Positions 39,351 through 60,272 are shown, numbered from the stretch's first letter. The stretch: DNA of 64,000 nt from Scyliorhinus canicula (GCF_902713615.1 NC_052168.1:5890001-5954000), one strand, 5' to 3'. Notes: generated by a model not told the origin, from the sequence alone. Made by a program: numbers and translations.

Positions 39351-39672
39351 TCATATAATTTACAGTGCATAAAGAGGCCATTCAGCCCATTGAGCCTGCA
39401 TCAGCCCTTGGAAAGAGCACCCTACGTAGGTCCACACCTCCACCCCATCCCTGTAACGTAGTAACCCCACGGGTAACACGGCCAATCCACCGAACCCGCA
39501 CATCTTCGGACTGTGGGGGAAACCGGAGCACCCGGAGGAAACCCACGCAGACACGGGGAGAACCTGCAGACTCCGCACAGACAGTGACCCAAGCCAGGAA
39601 TCGAACCTGGACCCTGGTGCTGTGAAGCAACTGTGACGCAACTGTGCTAACCACTGTGCTACCGTGCCGCCC
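39351..39672 (-). mobile_element. HE1 SINE in family B spacer
   Basis: Paralogs at ~45880-46202, 52130-52481, 58326-58647. Confidence 0.85.
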
Positions 39673-40049
39673 TTGTTTGGGATGTAAAGTGATGGAGATT
39701 TTTGCTACAGTTGTGTAAATCTCTGCCTGACATCTGAAGAGCTGCATTCAGTTCTGATCATTTAACTTTGGAGGAGATGTAGCAGATTCTCCGGAATGAC
39801 ACCAGAGCTAAACAGGTTAAATGATGAGGACAATTTGCATAGTAGCAATCCCTTGTGTATTAAAGGTAAAGGGATGATTAATGTATATAGTTAGGTAGAT
39901 AGCCAGAGGCTATTTCCTCTTGGACAGGGTCTATTCTCTGAATGTTGCACCTTGACCATTTCTTCACAAAGGAACAGACCACTTTATGGGGCCACTGCTC
40001 CAAAATGCTGATATCAAACAAATATTTCAGAATGGAGACTGTGGACACG

Positions 40050-40890
40050 ATACAATGACCTCGTCGCGCCTGACTTGGTGATGTAATGGGGCTATTTAAT
40101 CTTGCTCCGGAACGCCTCGTGAGATTTAACAAAATCTTTCGAGACTTTGCAATCTGTGTTTGGCCCAGATTAACACACTTAATGAGCAATTGGGCTTATT
40201 TGAATCTGTCGATGCTGCATTCTCCCATGGCCCGGGACCTAACGGCCGTGCGTGGGACACCTCGCCATGGCCCTGTTTAGTATTGGTCCTTACAAACATG
40301 GCACCTGGGGGGGGGGGGGGGGGGGGGGGAGAGTCTCCCAGCCCATTGGAGGCCCCCAGATGGTCGGCCTCTCGGTACCTTGACGCTCCTGCTGGCACTT
40401 GGGCACACTTGGCACCGTCACCTGGGCACCCTGGCACTGCCAGGAGGCCAGTGGCATGGCCAGGATGGCAGAGGCACTGCCAGGAGGCCAGTGGCACATC
40501 CAGGATGGTAGGGGCATTGCCAGGGTGGCACTGCCTATGTGTCCGGGTGCCAGGTTGCCCATGCCTGGGATCGGGCCCAGGAGAGCCCTCCCCTGAAGAG
40601 GTGGGGTGAGGGTGGGATGGGGTGGGGGGGGGGGGGGGGGGGGTGCTTGGGGAGCCCCTAAGAGGTAGGTTGGGGCAATGTGGATCTGAAGGCCACGGTG
40701 GGCGAGCTGAACTCAGCAGTGCAGGGAATTAAGGTAAGTGCGGCCTCGGATGGACGTCCCTCACCGAGGCCAGAAAAGCAGCAGAGTCCCGTTAGATAGC
40801 GGGGTCGTGCTCGGTGCTGCAGATGCCAAGAAGCACCCCACCGTACGTGCCCAAAACGGGACTCTGTTTTTTTCATGTTAAATCGCGCCC
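40050..40890. mobile_element. GC-rich MITE-like element with internal 40-bp VNTR
   Basis: Ends TTAAATCGCGCCC then TA; paralogs end near 47432, 53601, 59769; 5' boundary uncertain. Confidence 0.6.
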
Positions 40891-40970
40891 TATAGGTTTT
40901 TGTTAGGTAAGGGAATGAAGGCATATGGAACCCAAGTGGACACGCGGCACTAAAAATCGGAACAGCCATG

Positions 40971-41296
40971 ATAATAATAATAATACTCTTTATTGTCACA
41001 AGTAGGCTTACATTAACACTGCAATAAAGTTACTGTGAAAAGCTCCTAGTCGCCACACTCCGGCGCCTGTTCGGGTACACAGAGGGAAAACTCAGAATGT
41101 CCAATTCACCTCACAAGCACGTCTTTCGGGACTTGTGAGAGGAAACCGGAGCACCCGAAGGAAACCCACGCAGACACGGAGAGAACGTGCACACTCACGT
41201 GCACACTCCGCACAGACAGTGACCCAAGCCAGGGATCGAATTTGGGTCCCTGGCGCTTTGAAGGAACAGGGCTAACCACTGTGCTACCGTGCCGCC
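40971..41296 (-). mobile_element. V-SINE with alternative tail just upstream of the copy 6 promoter
   Basis: Paralogs at ~47513-47839, 53682-54008, 59849-60175. Confidence 0.85.
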
Positions 41297-41387
41297 AATT
41301 GAATGGCTGAACAGGCTTAATGGGCTGAATGGCCTCCTCCTCCTGTTCCTGCATTGCAATCATCCAAATCCGCCTGCTTTCCAAAGC

Positions 41388-41542
41388 TCTGATTGGCTCC
41401 GGATATTGCACACCACCCCCTCCCCTTTATTAATTGGTGGCCGGATTGATGGCCGATTCCTGATTGGCTATCGGGGATTGGCAATCATCATTGGTGATGT
41501 CATTCCCTATTTGCATACAGGATGTCCCAGTTGTATAAATAC
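41388..41542 (+). promoter_or_regulatory. Copy 6 promoter: five ATTGG (41392, 41433, 41463, 41477, 41490), TATAAA 41534
   Basis: Direct motif reading. Confidence 0.75.
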
Positions 41543-41608
41543 AAGAACTCATGGTAGGAAGGCTCAGTTTGAGAACTTTCTAAATAACATTGAGCAGTAA
41601 TAGCGAGG

Positions 41609-43752
<2,144 letters not shown>

Positions 43753-44711
43753 CTGGGATTTGGGAAGCCCTGTGGCTAATTTGGTTTTTCTCTTGCTAAA
43801 TATGGAAATAAAAATATTTATGAATTTAGTTGTTCTTCAATGGTCAGATACTGAGCAGTAATTACTTTTCCACTTCTATATTTCTTGGCTTGTGTTTACT
43901 TCAATTTGCAAGCTTTGTGGGGCTTTTGTATTTACTCCATGGTAACATTTCTCAGAAGGAGTGAATTTGTGTACTCAGTGCATAGGGAGTAAAAGTGGTT
44001 TGTTTGTGTCCAACCACAAACTTCTACATCTGTAATCAGACAATTTATTCAATAATTTTAAATGTCTACCTGGGCTCTAGCTGCTATAAGCCAACAATTG
44101 TTGCCCTTCCTGTAACATGGTAGAACATTAAAAACCTGTCTCAGGCCAGTTGCTTTGAGGCATCTCAATCAATTATCAACATCAGGCCAATAAATTTGTC
44201 ACGATTGATTTGCACCAACAATCATGCAGGCTGAACCTTACTCTTCAATGCCATCATTGTAAAACTCCTTTCACACTTCACGAGTAAAGTAAGAGTTGAA
44301 TTGGCATTCCCATGTCTACTGCCACTTGCCATGCTACAGATGAGCCAATTCCCTGAGTTTGGTCTGCAGGTCAGTCTCGTGCTATTCTAGCCAACACTGT
44401 TCAGTTTGGAATACCAACCCCTGCCTCACCTTCCACACCCTGCCAAATTGTCTATGAATTCCCTTCAAGATTGACTGTCAACCTGCTTTATGTTTGATGT
44501 CATCTTGAATTGATCTTCTCACAAGCCCTTTGACCTTCATCCGCCACAGTTTTACCCAGTCACCGCATATCTCAATGTGAGGAAGTGAGATCATCCACTC
44601 CGGAATGGCAAGATGAATCAGTGTTCTTTTTTAAAGAGTGAGGAGCTCTGTGCTGAGGCAGAAGAGAGAGATTAATGGGCTCCTGTGCAGGTACAGCAAA
44701 TAGTTGAAAAA

Positions 44712-45871
44712 GCAATGGGTGGATGCTGTAAGCACGGTTAATATGTCCTCATTGTGTGTCTGATATAGTCCACCGGGCACACATGACAGTGACTAGGATG
44801 TGCAGGTTATTTGGGGTAGAGGACGCGTGAGGTACGTGGGAAGCCCCGCAAATCATGTCCATGTGTTTTGGGCATACCTGAAGCTTAGTGGGTTTTGGCA
44901 GGGTTTTGCTAAGGCAATGTCCACGGTGTTAAAAACACAGGTGGTGCTGAGTCCGGAGGTAGCGATCTATGGAGTGCCAGAAGAGCCGGGAGTTCAGAGG
45001 TCAAAAGAGGTTGACGTCTTGGCCTTTGCCTGCCTGGTAGCCCGGAGACGGGTCTTATTAATGTGGAGGGGCTCGAAGCCCCCGAATGTAGAGACCTGGG
45101 TTAGTGACATGGCTGGGTTTCTCAGTCTCGAGAAAATAAAGTTCACCTTAAGAGGGTCAATGGCCGGGTTCACCCGGAGGTGGCAGCCATTCGTCAACTT
45201 TCTCGGAGAAAATTAAAATGTCAGCAGATGCAGAATTCCAGGGGAGTGGGGGGGGGGGGATGAGGGCGATGGGATGAGGGGGGAATTGAGGGAGGTGGGA
45301 TGAGGGGGGGTAATGAGGGGAGTGGGATGAGGGGGGGAATTGGGGGGGGGAGTGGGATGAGGGGGGGAATTGAGGGGGGTGGGATGAGGGGGGAATTGGG
45401 GGGGTGGGGGATGAGGGGAGTGGGATAAGGGGGGGAATTGGGGGGAAGAGGAGGGGGGAATTGGGGGAGGGAGGGATGAGGGCGGGAATTGAGGGGGGTG
45501 TGATGAGGGGGGAATTGGGGGGTGGGGGATGAGGGGGGTGGGATGAGGGGGTGGGATGAGGGGGGAATTGGGGGGTGGGGATGAGGAGGGGGAGATGAGG
45601 GGGGGAATTGGGGGGTGGGGATGGGGTGGTGGGGCGATGGGAGAATGAGGGGGGAGTGAGGGGGGTGAGGTGAGGAGGGATGGTGGATGAGGGGGTGGGA
45701 TGAGGGGGGGATGAGGGGGGAGATGAGGGCCCGCTTGTTGTTGGGGTGGGTGAAGATTGAGATGGGGGGGGGGGAGAAATGTTTATTATACCATTTTGAT
45801 GTCATTGTCTATGTTATTTTCTAAACATTTTCAAATACCTTAATAAAGATATTTGTTTTAAAAAGAAAAAG
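44712..45871 (+). mobile_element. L1-clade LINE 3' fragment with expanded G-tract
   Basis: ORF 44800..45216 includes HVFW.Y.KLSGFW (degenerate Cys-rich domain); paralog of 38465-39332. Confidence 0.8.
45241..45775 (+). repeat. G-rich minisatellite (GGGATGAGGGGGGAATT-like units)
   Basis: Longest of four paralogous tracts (also ~38950-39237, 51791-52017, 57906-58210). Confidence 0.85.
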
Positions 45872-47929
45872 CAAATAGATCATATAATTTACAGTGCATA
45901 AAGAGGCCATTCAGCCCATTGAGTCTGCATCAGCCCTTGGAAAGAGCACCCTACGTAGGTCCACACCTCCACCCTATCCCTGTAACCTAGTAACCCCACG
46001 GGTAACACGGCCAATCCACCGAACCGCACATCTTTGGACTGTGGGGGGAAACCGGAGCACCCAGAGGAAACCCCGCACACACGGGGAGGATGTGCAGACT
46101 CCACACAGACAGTGACCCAAGCCGGGAATCGAAACCTGGGACCCTGGTGCTGTGAAGCAACTGTGACGCAACTGTGCTAACCACTGTGCTACCGTGCCGC
46201 CCTTGTTTGGGAATGTAAAGTGATGGAGATTTTTGCTACAGTTGTGTAAATCTCTGCCTGACATCTGAAGAGCTGCATTCAGTTCTGATCATTTAACTTT
46301 GGAGGAGATGTAGCAGATTCTCCAGAATGACACCAGAGCTAAACAGGTTAAATGATGAGGACAATTTGCATAGTAGCAATCCCTTGTGTATTAAAGATAA
46401 AGGAATGATTAATGTATATAGTTAGGTAGATAGACAGAGGCTATTTCCTCTTGGACAGGGTCTATTCTCTGAAGGTTGCATATTGACCATTTCTTCACAA
46501 AGGAACAGACCACTTTATGGGGCCACCGCTCCAAAATGCTGATATCAAACAAATATTTCAGAATGGAGACTGTGGACACGATACAATGGCCTCGTCGCGC
46601 CTGACTTGGTGATGTAATGGGGCCATTTAATCTTGCTCCGGAACGCCTTGTGAGATTTAACAAAATCTTTCGAGACGTTGCAATCTGGGTTTGGTCCAGA
46701 TTAACACACTTAATGAGCAATTGGGCTGATTTGAATCTGTCGATGCTGCATTCTCCCATGGCCCGGGACCTAACGGCCATGCCTGGGACACCTCGCCATG
46801 GCCCTGTTTAGTATTGGTCCATACAAACATGGCACCTGGGGGGGGGGGGAATCTCCCAGCCCATTGGAGGCCCCCAGTTGGTCGGCCTCTCGGTACCTTG
46901 ACGCTGCTGCTGGCACTTGGGCACACTTGGCACCGCCACCTGGGCACCCTGGCACTGCCAGGAGGCCAGTGGCACAGCCAGGATGGCAGGGGCACTGCCA
47001 GGAGGCCAGTGGCACAGCCAAGATGGCAGGGGCACTGCCAGGAGGTCAGTGGCACAGCCAGGATGGCAGGGGCACTGCCAGGGTGGCACTGCCTATGTGT
47101 CCGGGTGCCAGGTTGCCCATGCCTGGGATCGGGCCTAGGAGAGCCCTCCCCTGAAGAGGTGGGGTGAGGGGGGGAGGGGGGGGGGTGCTTGGGGAGCCCC
47201 TAAGAGGTAGGTTGGGGCAATGGGGATCTGAAGGCCACGGTGGGCGAGCTGAGCTAGTCAGTGCAGGAAATTAAGGTAAGTACGGCCTCGGCTGGGCGTC
47301 CCTCACCGAGGCCAAAAAATCAGCAGAGTCCCGTTAGATAGCGAGATCGTGCTCGGTGCTGCAGATGGCAAGAAACACCCAGCCGTACGTGCCCAAAACG
47401 GGACTCTGTCTTTTTCATGTTAAATCGCGCCCTATAGGTTATTTTTTGGTTTGGGGATGAAGGTGTATGGAACCCAAGTGGACACACGGCACTAAAAATC
47501 GGAACAGCCATGATAATAATAATACTACACTTTATTGTCACAAGTAGGCTTACATTAACACTGCAATAAAGTTACTGTGAAAAGCTCCTAGTCGCCACAC
47601 TCCGGCACCTGTTCGGGTACACAGAGGGAAAACTCAGAATGTCCAATTCACCTCACAAGCACGTCTTTCGGGACTTGTGAGAGGAAACCGGAGCACCCGG
47701 AGGAAACCCACGCAGACACGGAGTGAACGTGCACACTCACGTGCACACTCCGCACAGACAGTGACCCCAAGCCAGGGAACGAATTTGGGTCCCTGGCGCT
47801 TTGAAGGAACAGGGCTAACCACTGTGCTACTGTGCCGCCAATTGAATGGCTGAACAGGCTTGATGGGCTGAATGGCCTCCTCCTCCTGTTCCTACATTGC
47901 AATCATCCAAATCTGCCTGCTTTCCAAAG

Positions 47930-48085
47930 CTCTGATTGGCTCCGGATATTGCACTCCACCCCCTCCCCTTTATTAATTGGTGGCCGGATTGATGGCTGAT
48001 TCCTGATTGGCTATCGGGGATTGGCAATCATCATTGGTGATGTCATTCCCTAGTTGCATGCAGGATGTCCCAGTTGTATAAATAC
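47930..48085 (+). promoter_or_regulatory. Copy 7 promoter, TATAAA 48077
   Basis: Same block as copy 6. Confidence 0.75.
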
Positions 48086-48151
48086 AAGAACTCATGGTAG
48101 GAAGGCTCAGTTTGAGAACTTTCTAAATAACATTGAGCAGTAATAGCGAGG

Positions 48152-50379
<2,228 letters not shown>

Positions 50380-51289
50380 CTGGGATTTGGGAAGCCCTGT
50401 GGCTAATTTGGTTTTTCTCTTGCTAAATATGGAAATAAAAATATTTATCAATTTAGCTGTTGTTCTTCAATGGTCAGATACTGAGCAGTAATGACTTTTC
50501 CACTTCTATATTTCTTGGCTTGTGTTTACTTCAATTTGCAAGCTTTGTGGGGCTTTTGTATTTACTCCATGGTAACATTTCTCAGAAGGAGTGAATTTGT
50601 GTACTCAGTGCACAGGGAGTAAAAGTGGTTTGTTTGTGTCCAACCACAAACTTCTACATCTGTAATAAGACACTTTATTCAACAATTTTAAATGTCTGGC
50701 TGCTGAAAGCCAACAATTGTTGCCCTTCCTGTAACATAGTACAACATGAGAACCTGTCTCATGCCAATTGCGTTGAGGCATCTTGATCAATTACCAACAT
50801 CAGGCCAATAAATTTGTCACAATTGATTTGCACCAGCAATTACGCAGGCTTAACCTGAACCTTACTCTTCAATGCCATCATTGTAAAACTCCTTTTGCTA
50901 CCGATGATCCCATACCCTGAGGTTGGTCTGCAGGTCAGTCTTGTGCTAGTCTAGCCAACACCGTTCAGTTTGGAACACCAACCCCAGCCTCACCTTCCAC
51001 ACCCTGCCAAATTGTCTATGAACTCCCCTCAAGATTGGCTGTCAATCTGCTTTATGTTTGATGCCATCTTGAATTGATCTTCCTAAAAGCCCTTTGACCT
51101 TCATCTGCCCGAGTTTGACTCAGTCACCACATATCCCAATGTGAGATCATCCACTCCGGAATGGCAAGATGAATCAGTGGTCTTTTTTAAATAGTGAGGA
51201 GCTCTGGGCTGAGGCAGAAGAGAGATTAATGGGCCCATGCATAGGAAACCGAAAGCTCCTGCGCAGGTACAACAAATAGTTGAAAAAGC

Positions 51290-52112
51290 AATGGTCTATG
51301 GGCAGATGCCCTAAGCAGGGTTAATACCTCATCGTGTGCCAGGCTCAGCCTGGTACAATTTAAGGTAGTCCACCGGGCGTACATGACAGTGGCTAGGATG
51401 AGCAGGTTTTTCGGGGTAGAGGGAAGCCCAGCAAATCATGTCCACGTGTTTTGGCCATACCTGAAGCTCAGTGGGTTTTGCTAAGGCAATGTCCACGGTG
51501 CTAAAAACATGGGTGGGGCCGAGTCCAGAGGCCGCGATCTTTGGAGTGTCAGAAGAGCCGGGAGTTCAGAGGTCAAAAGAGGCTGAAGTCTCGGCCTTTG
51601 CCTCCCTGGTAGCCCGGAGATGGATCTTATTAATGTGGAGGGACTTGGGTTAGTGACATGGCTGGGTTTCGCAGCTCTCAAGAAAATAAAGTTCACCTTA
51701 AGAGGGTCAATGGTCGGGTTCACCCGGAGGTGGCAGCCGTTCGTCAACTTTCTCGGAGAAAATTAAAATGTCAGCAGATGCAGAATTCCAGGGGGGTGAG
51801 GAGGGGGGGAATTGGGGGCGGGAGGGATGAGGGGGGGAATTGGGGGTGTGGGGGATGAGGAGGGGGGTGGGATGAGGGGGGATATTGGGGGATGGGGGAT
51901 GGGAGGCATGAGGGGGGGCGATGGGGGGATGAGGGGTGGGATATGGGCGGATGGGGGGGAGATGAGGGCCCGCTTGTTGTTGGGGTGGGTGAAGATTGAG
52001 ATTGGGGGGGGGGGGGAGAAATGTTTATTATACCATTTTGATGCCATTGTCTATGTTATTTTTCAAAAAAATTTCAAATACCTTAATAAAGATTTTTTTT
52101 TAACATGAAAAA
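51290..52112 (+). mobile_element. L1-clade LINE 3' fragment
   Basis: Paralog of 38465-39332. Confidence 0.8.
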
Positions 52113-54099
52113 GCAAATGGAATGATGGATCATATAATTTACAGTGCATAAAGACGCCATTCAGCCCATTGAGTCTGCTTCAGCCCTTGGAAAGAGCACC
52201 CTACGTAGGTCCACATCCACCCTATCCCTGTAACCTAGTAACGCCACCCAACGTTTTTGTTGGACACTAAGGGGCAATTTAGCACGGCCAATCCACCGAA
52301 CCCGCACATCTTTGGACTGTGGGAGGAAACCGGAGCATCCGGAGGAAACCCACGCAGACACGGGGAGAACGAGCAGACTCCACACAGACAGTGACCCAAG
52401 CCGGGAATCAAAACCTGGGACCCTGGTGCTGTGAAGCAACTGTGACGCAACTGTTCTAACCACTGTGCTACCGTGCCGCCCTTGTTTGGGATGTAAAGTG
52501 ATGGAGATTTTTGCTACAGTTGTGTAAATCTCTGCCTGACATCTGAAGAGCTGCATTCAGTTCTGATAATTTAACTTTGGAGGAGATGTAGCAGATTCTC
52601 CGGAAGGACACAGGAGCTAAACAGGTTAAATGATGAGGACAATTTGCATAGTAGCAATCCCTTGTGTATTAAAGATAAAGGGATGATTAATGTATATAGT
52701 TAGGTAGATAGACAGAGGCTATTTCCTCTTGGACAGGGTCTATTCTCTGAAGGTTGCACCTTGACCATTTCTTCACAAAGGAACAGACCACTTTATGGGG
52801 CCACCGCTCCAAAATGCTGATATCAAACAAATATTTCAGAATGGAGACTGTGGACACGATACAATGGCCTCGTCGCGCCTGACTTGGTGATGCAATGGGG
52901 CCATTTAATCTTGCTCCGGAACGCCTCGTGAGATTTAACAAAATCTTTCGAGGCGTTGCAATCTGGGTTTGGTCCTGGGACACCTCGCCATGGCCCTGTT
53001 TAGTATTGGTCCATACAAACATGGCACCTGGGGGGGGGGGGGGGGGGGGTCTCCCAGCCCATTGGAGGCCCCCAGATGGTCGGCCTCTCGGTACCTTGAC
53101 GCTCCTGCTGGCACTTGGGCCACACTTGGCAACGCCACCTGGGCACCCTGGCACTGCCAGGAGGCCAGTGGCATGGCCAGGATGGCAGGTGCACTGCCAG
53201 GAGGCCAGTGGCACAGCCAGGATGGCAGGGGCATTGCCAGGGTGGCACTGCCTATGTGTCCGGGTGCCAGGTTGCCCATGCCTGGGATCGGGCCCAGGAG
53301 AGCCCTCCCCTGAAGAGGTGGGGTGAGAGGGGAGGGGGGGGGGGGGGAAAGGGGTGCTTGGGGAGCCCCTAAGAGGTAGGTTGGGGCAATGGGGGTCTGA
53401 AGGCCACGGTGGGCGAGCTGAGCTAGTCAGTGCAGGAAATTAAGGTAAGTGTGGCCTCGGCTGGACGTCCCTCACCGAGGCCAAAAAATCAGCAGAGTCC
53501 CGTTAGATAGCGGGGTCGTGCTCGGTGCTTCAGATGCCAAGAAACACCCCGCCGTACGTGCCCAAAACGGGACTCTGTCTTTTTCATGTTAAATCGCACC
53601 CTATAGGTTATTGTTAGGTTAGGGGATGAAGGTATATGGAACCCAAGTGGACACACGGCACCTAAAATCGGAACAGCCATGATAATAATAATACTACACT
53701 TTATTGTCACAAGTAGGCTTACATTAACACTGCAATAAAGTTACTGTGAAAAGCTCCTAGTCGCCACACTCCGGCGCCTGTTCGGGTACACAGAGGGAGA
53801 ATTCAGAATGTCCAATTCACCTAACAAACACGTCTTTCGGGACTTGTGAGAGGAAACCGGAGCACCCGGAGGAAACCCACGCAGACACGGAGAGAACGTG
53901 CACACTCACGTGCACACTCCGCACAGACAGTGACCCCAAGCCAGGGATCGAATTTGGGTCCCTGGCGCTTTGAAGGAACAGGGCTAACCACTGCGCTACT
54001 GTGCCGCCAATTGAATGGTTGAACAGGCTTGATGGGCTGAATGGCCTCCTCCTCCTGTTCCTACATTGCAATCATCCAAATCTGCCTGCTTTCCAAAGG

Positions 54100-54255
54100 T
54101 CTGATTGGCTCCGGATATTGCACTCCACCCCCTCCCCTTTATTAATTGGTAACCGGATTGATGGCTGATTCCTGATTGGCTATCGGGGATTGGCAATCAT
54201 CATTGGTGATGTCATTCCCTATTTGCATGCAGGATGTCCCAGTTGTACAAATACA
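54100..54255 (+). promoter_or_regulatory. Copy 8 promoter, TATA mutated (TACAAA 54246-54251)
   Basis: Same block as copy 6 with T>C at 54248. Confidence 0.7.
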
Positions 54256-54320
54256 AGAACTCATGGTAGGAAGGCTCAGTTTGAGAACTTTCTAAGTAAC
54301 ATTGAGCAGTAATAGTGAAG

Positions 54321-56552
<2,232 letters not shown>

Positions 56553-57432
56553 CTGGGATTTGGGAAGCCCTGTGGCTAATTTGGTTTTTCTCTTGCTAAA
56601 TATGGAAATAAAAATATTTATCAATTTAGCTGTTGTTCGTCATTGGTAAGATACTGAGCAGTAATGACTTTTCCACTTTGTGGGGCTTTTGTATTTACTC
56701 CATGGCAACATTTCTCAGAAGGAGTGAATTTGTGTACTCAGTGCACAGGGAGTAAAAGTGGTTTGTTTGTGTCCAACCACAAACTTCTACATCTGTAATA
56801 AGACACTTTATTCAACAATTTTAAATGTCTGGCTGCTGTAAGCCAACAATTGTTGCCCTTCCTGTAACATAGTACAACATGAGAACCTGTCTCGTGCCAA
56901 TTGCGTTGAGGCATCTTGATCAATTATCAACATCAGGCCAATAAATTTGTCACAATTGATTTGCACCAGCAATTAAGCAGGCTTAACCTGAACCTTACTC
57001 TTCAATGCCATCATTGTAAAACTCCTTTCGCTACCGATGATCCCATTCCCTGAGGTTGGTCTGCAGGTCAGTCTCGTGCTAGTCTAGCCAACACCGTTCA
57101 GTTTGGAACACCAACCCCAGCCTCACCTTCCACACCCTGCCAAATTGTCTATGAATTCCCCTCAAGGTTGACTGTCAATCTGCTTTATGTTTGATGCCAT
57201 CTTGAATTGATCTTCCTAAAAGCCCTTTTGACCTTCATCTGCCAGAGTTTGACCCAGTCACCACAGATCCCAATGTGAGGCAGTGAGATCATCCACTGCG
57301 GAATGGCAAGATGAATTCGTGTTTTTTTTTTAAATAGTGAGGAGCTCTGGGCTGAGGCAGAAGAGAGATTAATGGGCCCATGCACAGGAAACCGAAAGCT
57401 CCGGCGCAGGTACAACAAATAGTTGAGAAAGC

Positions 57433-58308
57433 AATGGTCTATGGGCAGATGCCCTAAGCAGGGTTAATACGTCCTCATCGTGTGCCAGGCTCAGCCTGAC
57501 ACAATTTAAGGCAGTCCACCGGGTGTACATGACAGTGACTAGGATGAGCAGGTTTTTCAGGGTAGGGGTCAGGTGCGCGGGAAGCCCAGCAAATCATGTC
57601 CACGGTGCTAGAAACACAGGTGGTAGCGACCTTTGGAGTGTCAGAAGAGCCGGGAGTTCAGAGGTCAAAAGATGCTGACGTCTCGGCCTTTGCCTGCCTG
57701 GTAGCCCGGAGATGGGTCTTATTAATGTGGAGGGACTCAAAGCCCCCTAGTGTAGAGACCTGGGTTAGTGACATGGCTGCGTTTCTCAGTCTCAAGAAAA
57801 TAAAGTTCACCTTCAGAGGGTCAATGGTCGGGTTCACCCGGAGATGGCAGCCGTTTGTCGACTTTCTCGGAGAAAATTAAAATGTCAGCAGATGCAGAAC
57901 TCCAGGGGGGGTGAGGGGGGGTAATTGGAGGAGGGAGGGATGAGGGGGGAGGGATGAGGGGGGCGGGATTTGGGGGGAGTGGGGGAGATGAGGGGGGGAT
58001 GGGGGGATGAGGTGGGATGAAGGGGGAAGATGGGGGATGAGGGAGGGTTGAGGGGGGAATTGGGGGGGTGGGGAATGGGGTGGTGGGGACATGGGAGAAT
58101 GAGGGGGGTGGGGTGAGGGGGGATGGGGAAGGATGATGGGGGGAGATGAGGGCCCGCTTGTTGTTGGGGTGGGTGAAGATTGAGATATTGAGATGGGGGG
58201 GGGGGGGGGGAGAAATGATTATTATACCATTTTGATGTCATTGTCTATGTTATTTTTCTAAAAAATTTCAAATACCTTAATAAAGTTATTTGTTTTAAAA
58301 AGAAAAAG
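57433..58308 (+). mobile_element. L1-clade LINE 3' fragment
   Basis: Paralog of 38465-39332. Confidence 0.8.
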
Positions 58309-60272
58309 CAAATGGAATGATAGATCATATGATTTACAGTGCATAAAGAGGCCATTCAGCCCATTGAGCCTGCATCAGCCCTTGGAAAGGGGCACCCTAC
58401 GTAGGTCCACACCTCCACCCCATCCCTGTAACCTAGTAACCCCACGGGTAACACGGCCAATCCACCGAACCGCACATCTTTGGACTGTGGGGGAAACCGG
58501 AGCACCCGGAGGAAACCCACGCACACACGGGGAGAACGTGCAGACTCCGCACAGACAGTGACCCAAGCCGGGAATCGAACCTGGGACCCTGGTGCTGTGA
58601 AGCAACTGTGACGCAACTGTGCTAACCACTGTGCTACCGTGCCGCCCTTGTTTGGGAGGGTAAAGTGATGGAGATTTTTGCTACAGTTGTGTAAATCTCT
58701 GCCTGACATCTGAAGAGCTGCATTCAGTTCTGATCATTTAACTTTGGAGGAGATGTAGCAGATTCTCCAGAATGACACAGGAGCTAAACAGGTTAAATGA
58801 TGAGGACAATTTGCATAGTTGCAATCCCTTGTGTATTAAAGATAAAGGGATGATTAATGTATATAGTTAGGTAGATAGACAGAGGCTATTTCCTCTTGGG
58901 CAGGGTCTATTCTCTGAAGGTTGCACCTTGACCATTTCTTCAGAAAGGAACAGACCACTTTATGGGGCCACTGCTCCAAAATGCTGACATCAAAGAAATA
59001 TTTCAGAATGGAGACTGTGGACACGATACAATGGCCTCGTCGCGCCTGACTTGGTGATGTAATGGGGACATTTAATCTTGCTCCGGACCGCCTCGTGAGA
59101 TTTAACAAAATCTTTCGAGACGTTGCAATCTGGGTTTGGTCCCGATTAACACACTTAATGAGCAATTGGGTTTATTTGAATCTGTCGATGCTGCATTCTC
59201 CCATGGCCCGGGACCTAACGGCCATGCCTGGGACACCTCGTCATGGCCCTGTTTAGTATTGGTCCATACAAACATGGCACCTGGGGGGGGGGGGGGGGGG
59301 GGGGGGGGAGTCTCCCAGCCCATTGGAGGCCCCCAGATGGTCGGCCTCTCGGTACCTTGACGCTCCTGCTGGCACTTGGGCCACACTTGGCAATGCCAGG
59401 AGGCCAGTGGCACAGCCAGGATGGTAGGGGCATTGCCAGGGTGGCACTGCCTATGTGTCCGGGTGCCAGGCTGCCCATGCCTGGGATCGGGCCCAGGAGA
59501 GCCCTCCCCTGAAGAAGTGGGGTGAGGGTGGGATGGGGGGGGGGGTGCTTGGGGAGCCCCTAAGAGGTAGGTTGGGGCAATGTGGATCTGAAGGCCATGG
59601 TGGGCGAGCTGAGCTAGTCAGTGCAGGAAATTAAGGTAAGTGCGGCCTCGGCTGGGCGTCCCTCACCGAGGCCAGAAAAGCAGCAGAGTCCCGTTAGATA
59701 GCGGGGTCGTGCTTGGTGCTGCAGATGCCCAAAACGGGACTCTGTTTTTTTCGTGTTAAAATCGCGCCCTATAGATTATTGTTAGGTAAGGGAATGAAGG
59801 CATATGGAACCCAAGTCGACACGCGGCACTAAAAATCGGAACAACCATGATAATAATAATAATACACTTTATTGTCACAAGTAGGCTTACATTAACACTA
59901 CAATGAAGTTACTGTGAAAAGCCCCTAGTCGCCACACTCCGGCACCTGTTCGGGTACACAGAGGGAAAACTCAGAATGTCCAATTCACCTCACAAGCACG
60001 TCTTTCGGGACTTGTGAGAGGAAACCGGAGCACCCAAAGGAAACCCATGCAGACACGGAGAGAACGTGCACACACACGTGCACACTCCACACAGACAGTG
60101 ACCCAAGCCAGGGATCGAATTTGGGTCCCTGGCGCTTTGAAGGAACAGGGCTAACCACTGTGCTACCGTGCCGCCAATTGAATGGCAGAACAGGCTTGAT
60201 GGGCTGAATGGCCTCCTCCTCCTGTTCCTGTTCCTACATTGCAATCATCCAAATCCGCCTGCTTTCCAAAGC

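Noticed and set aside
45221-45805. 194-aa proline-rich ORF and its paralogs
   Set aside because: Translation of the C-rich strand of a minisatellite; length and frame are not conserved between units.
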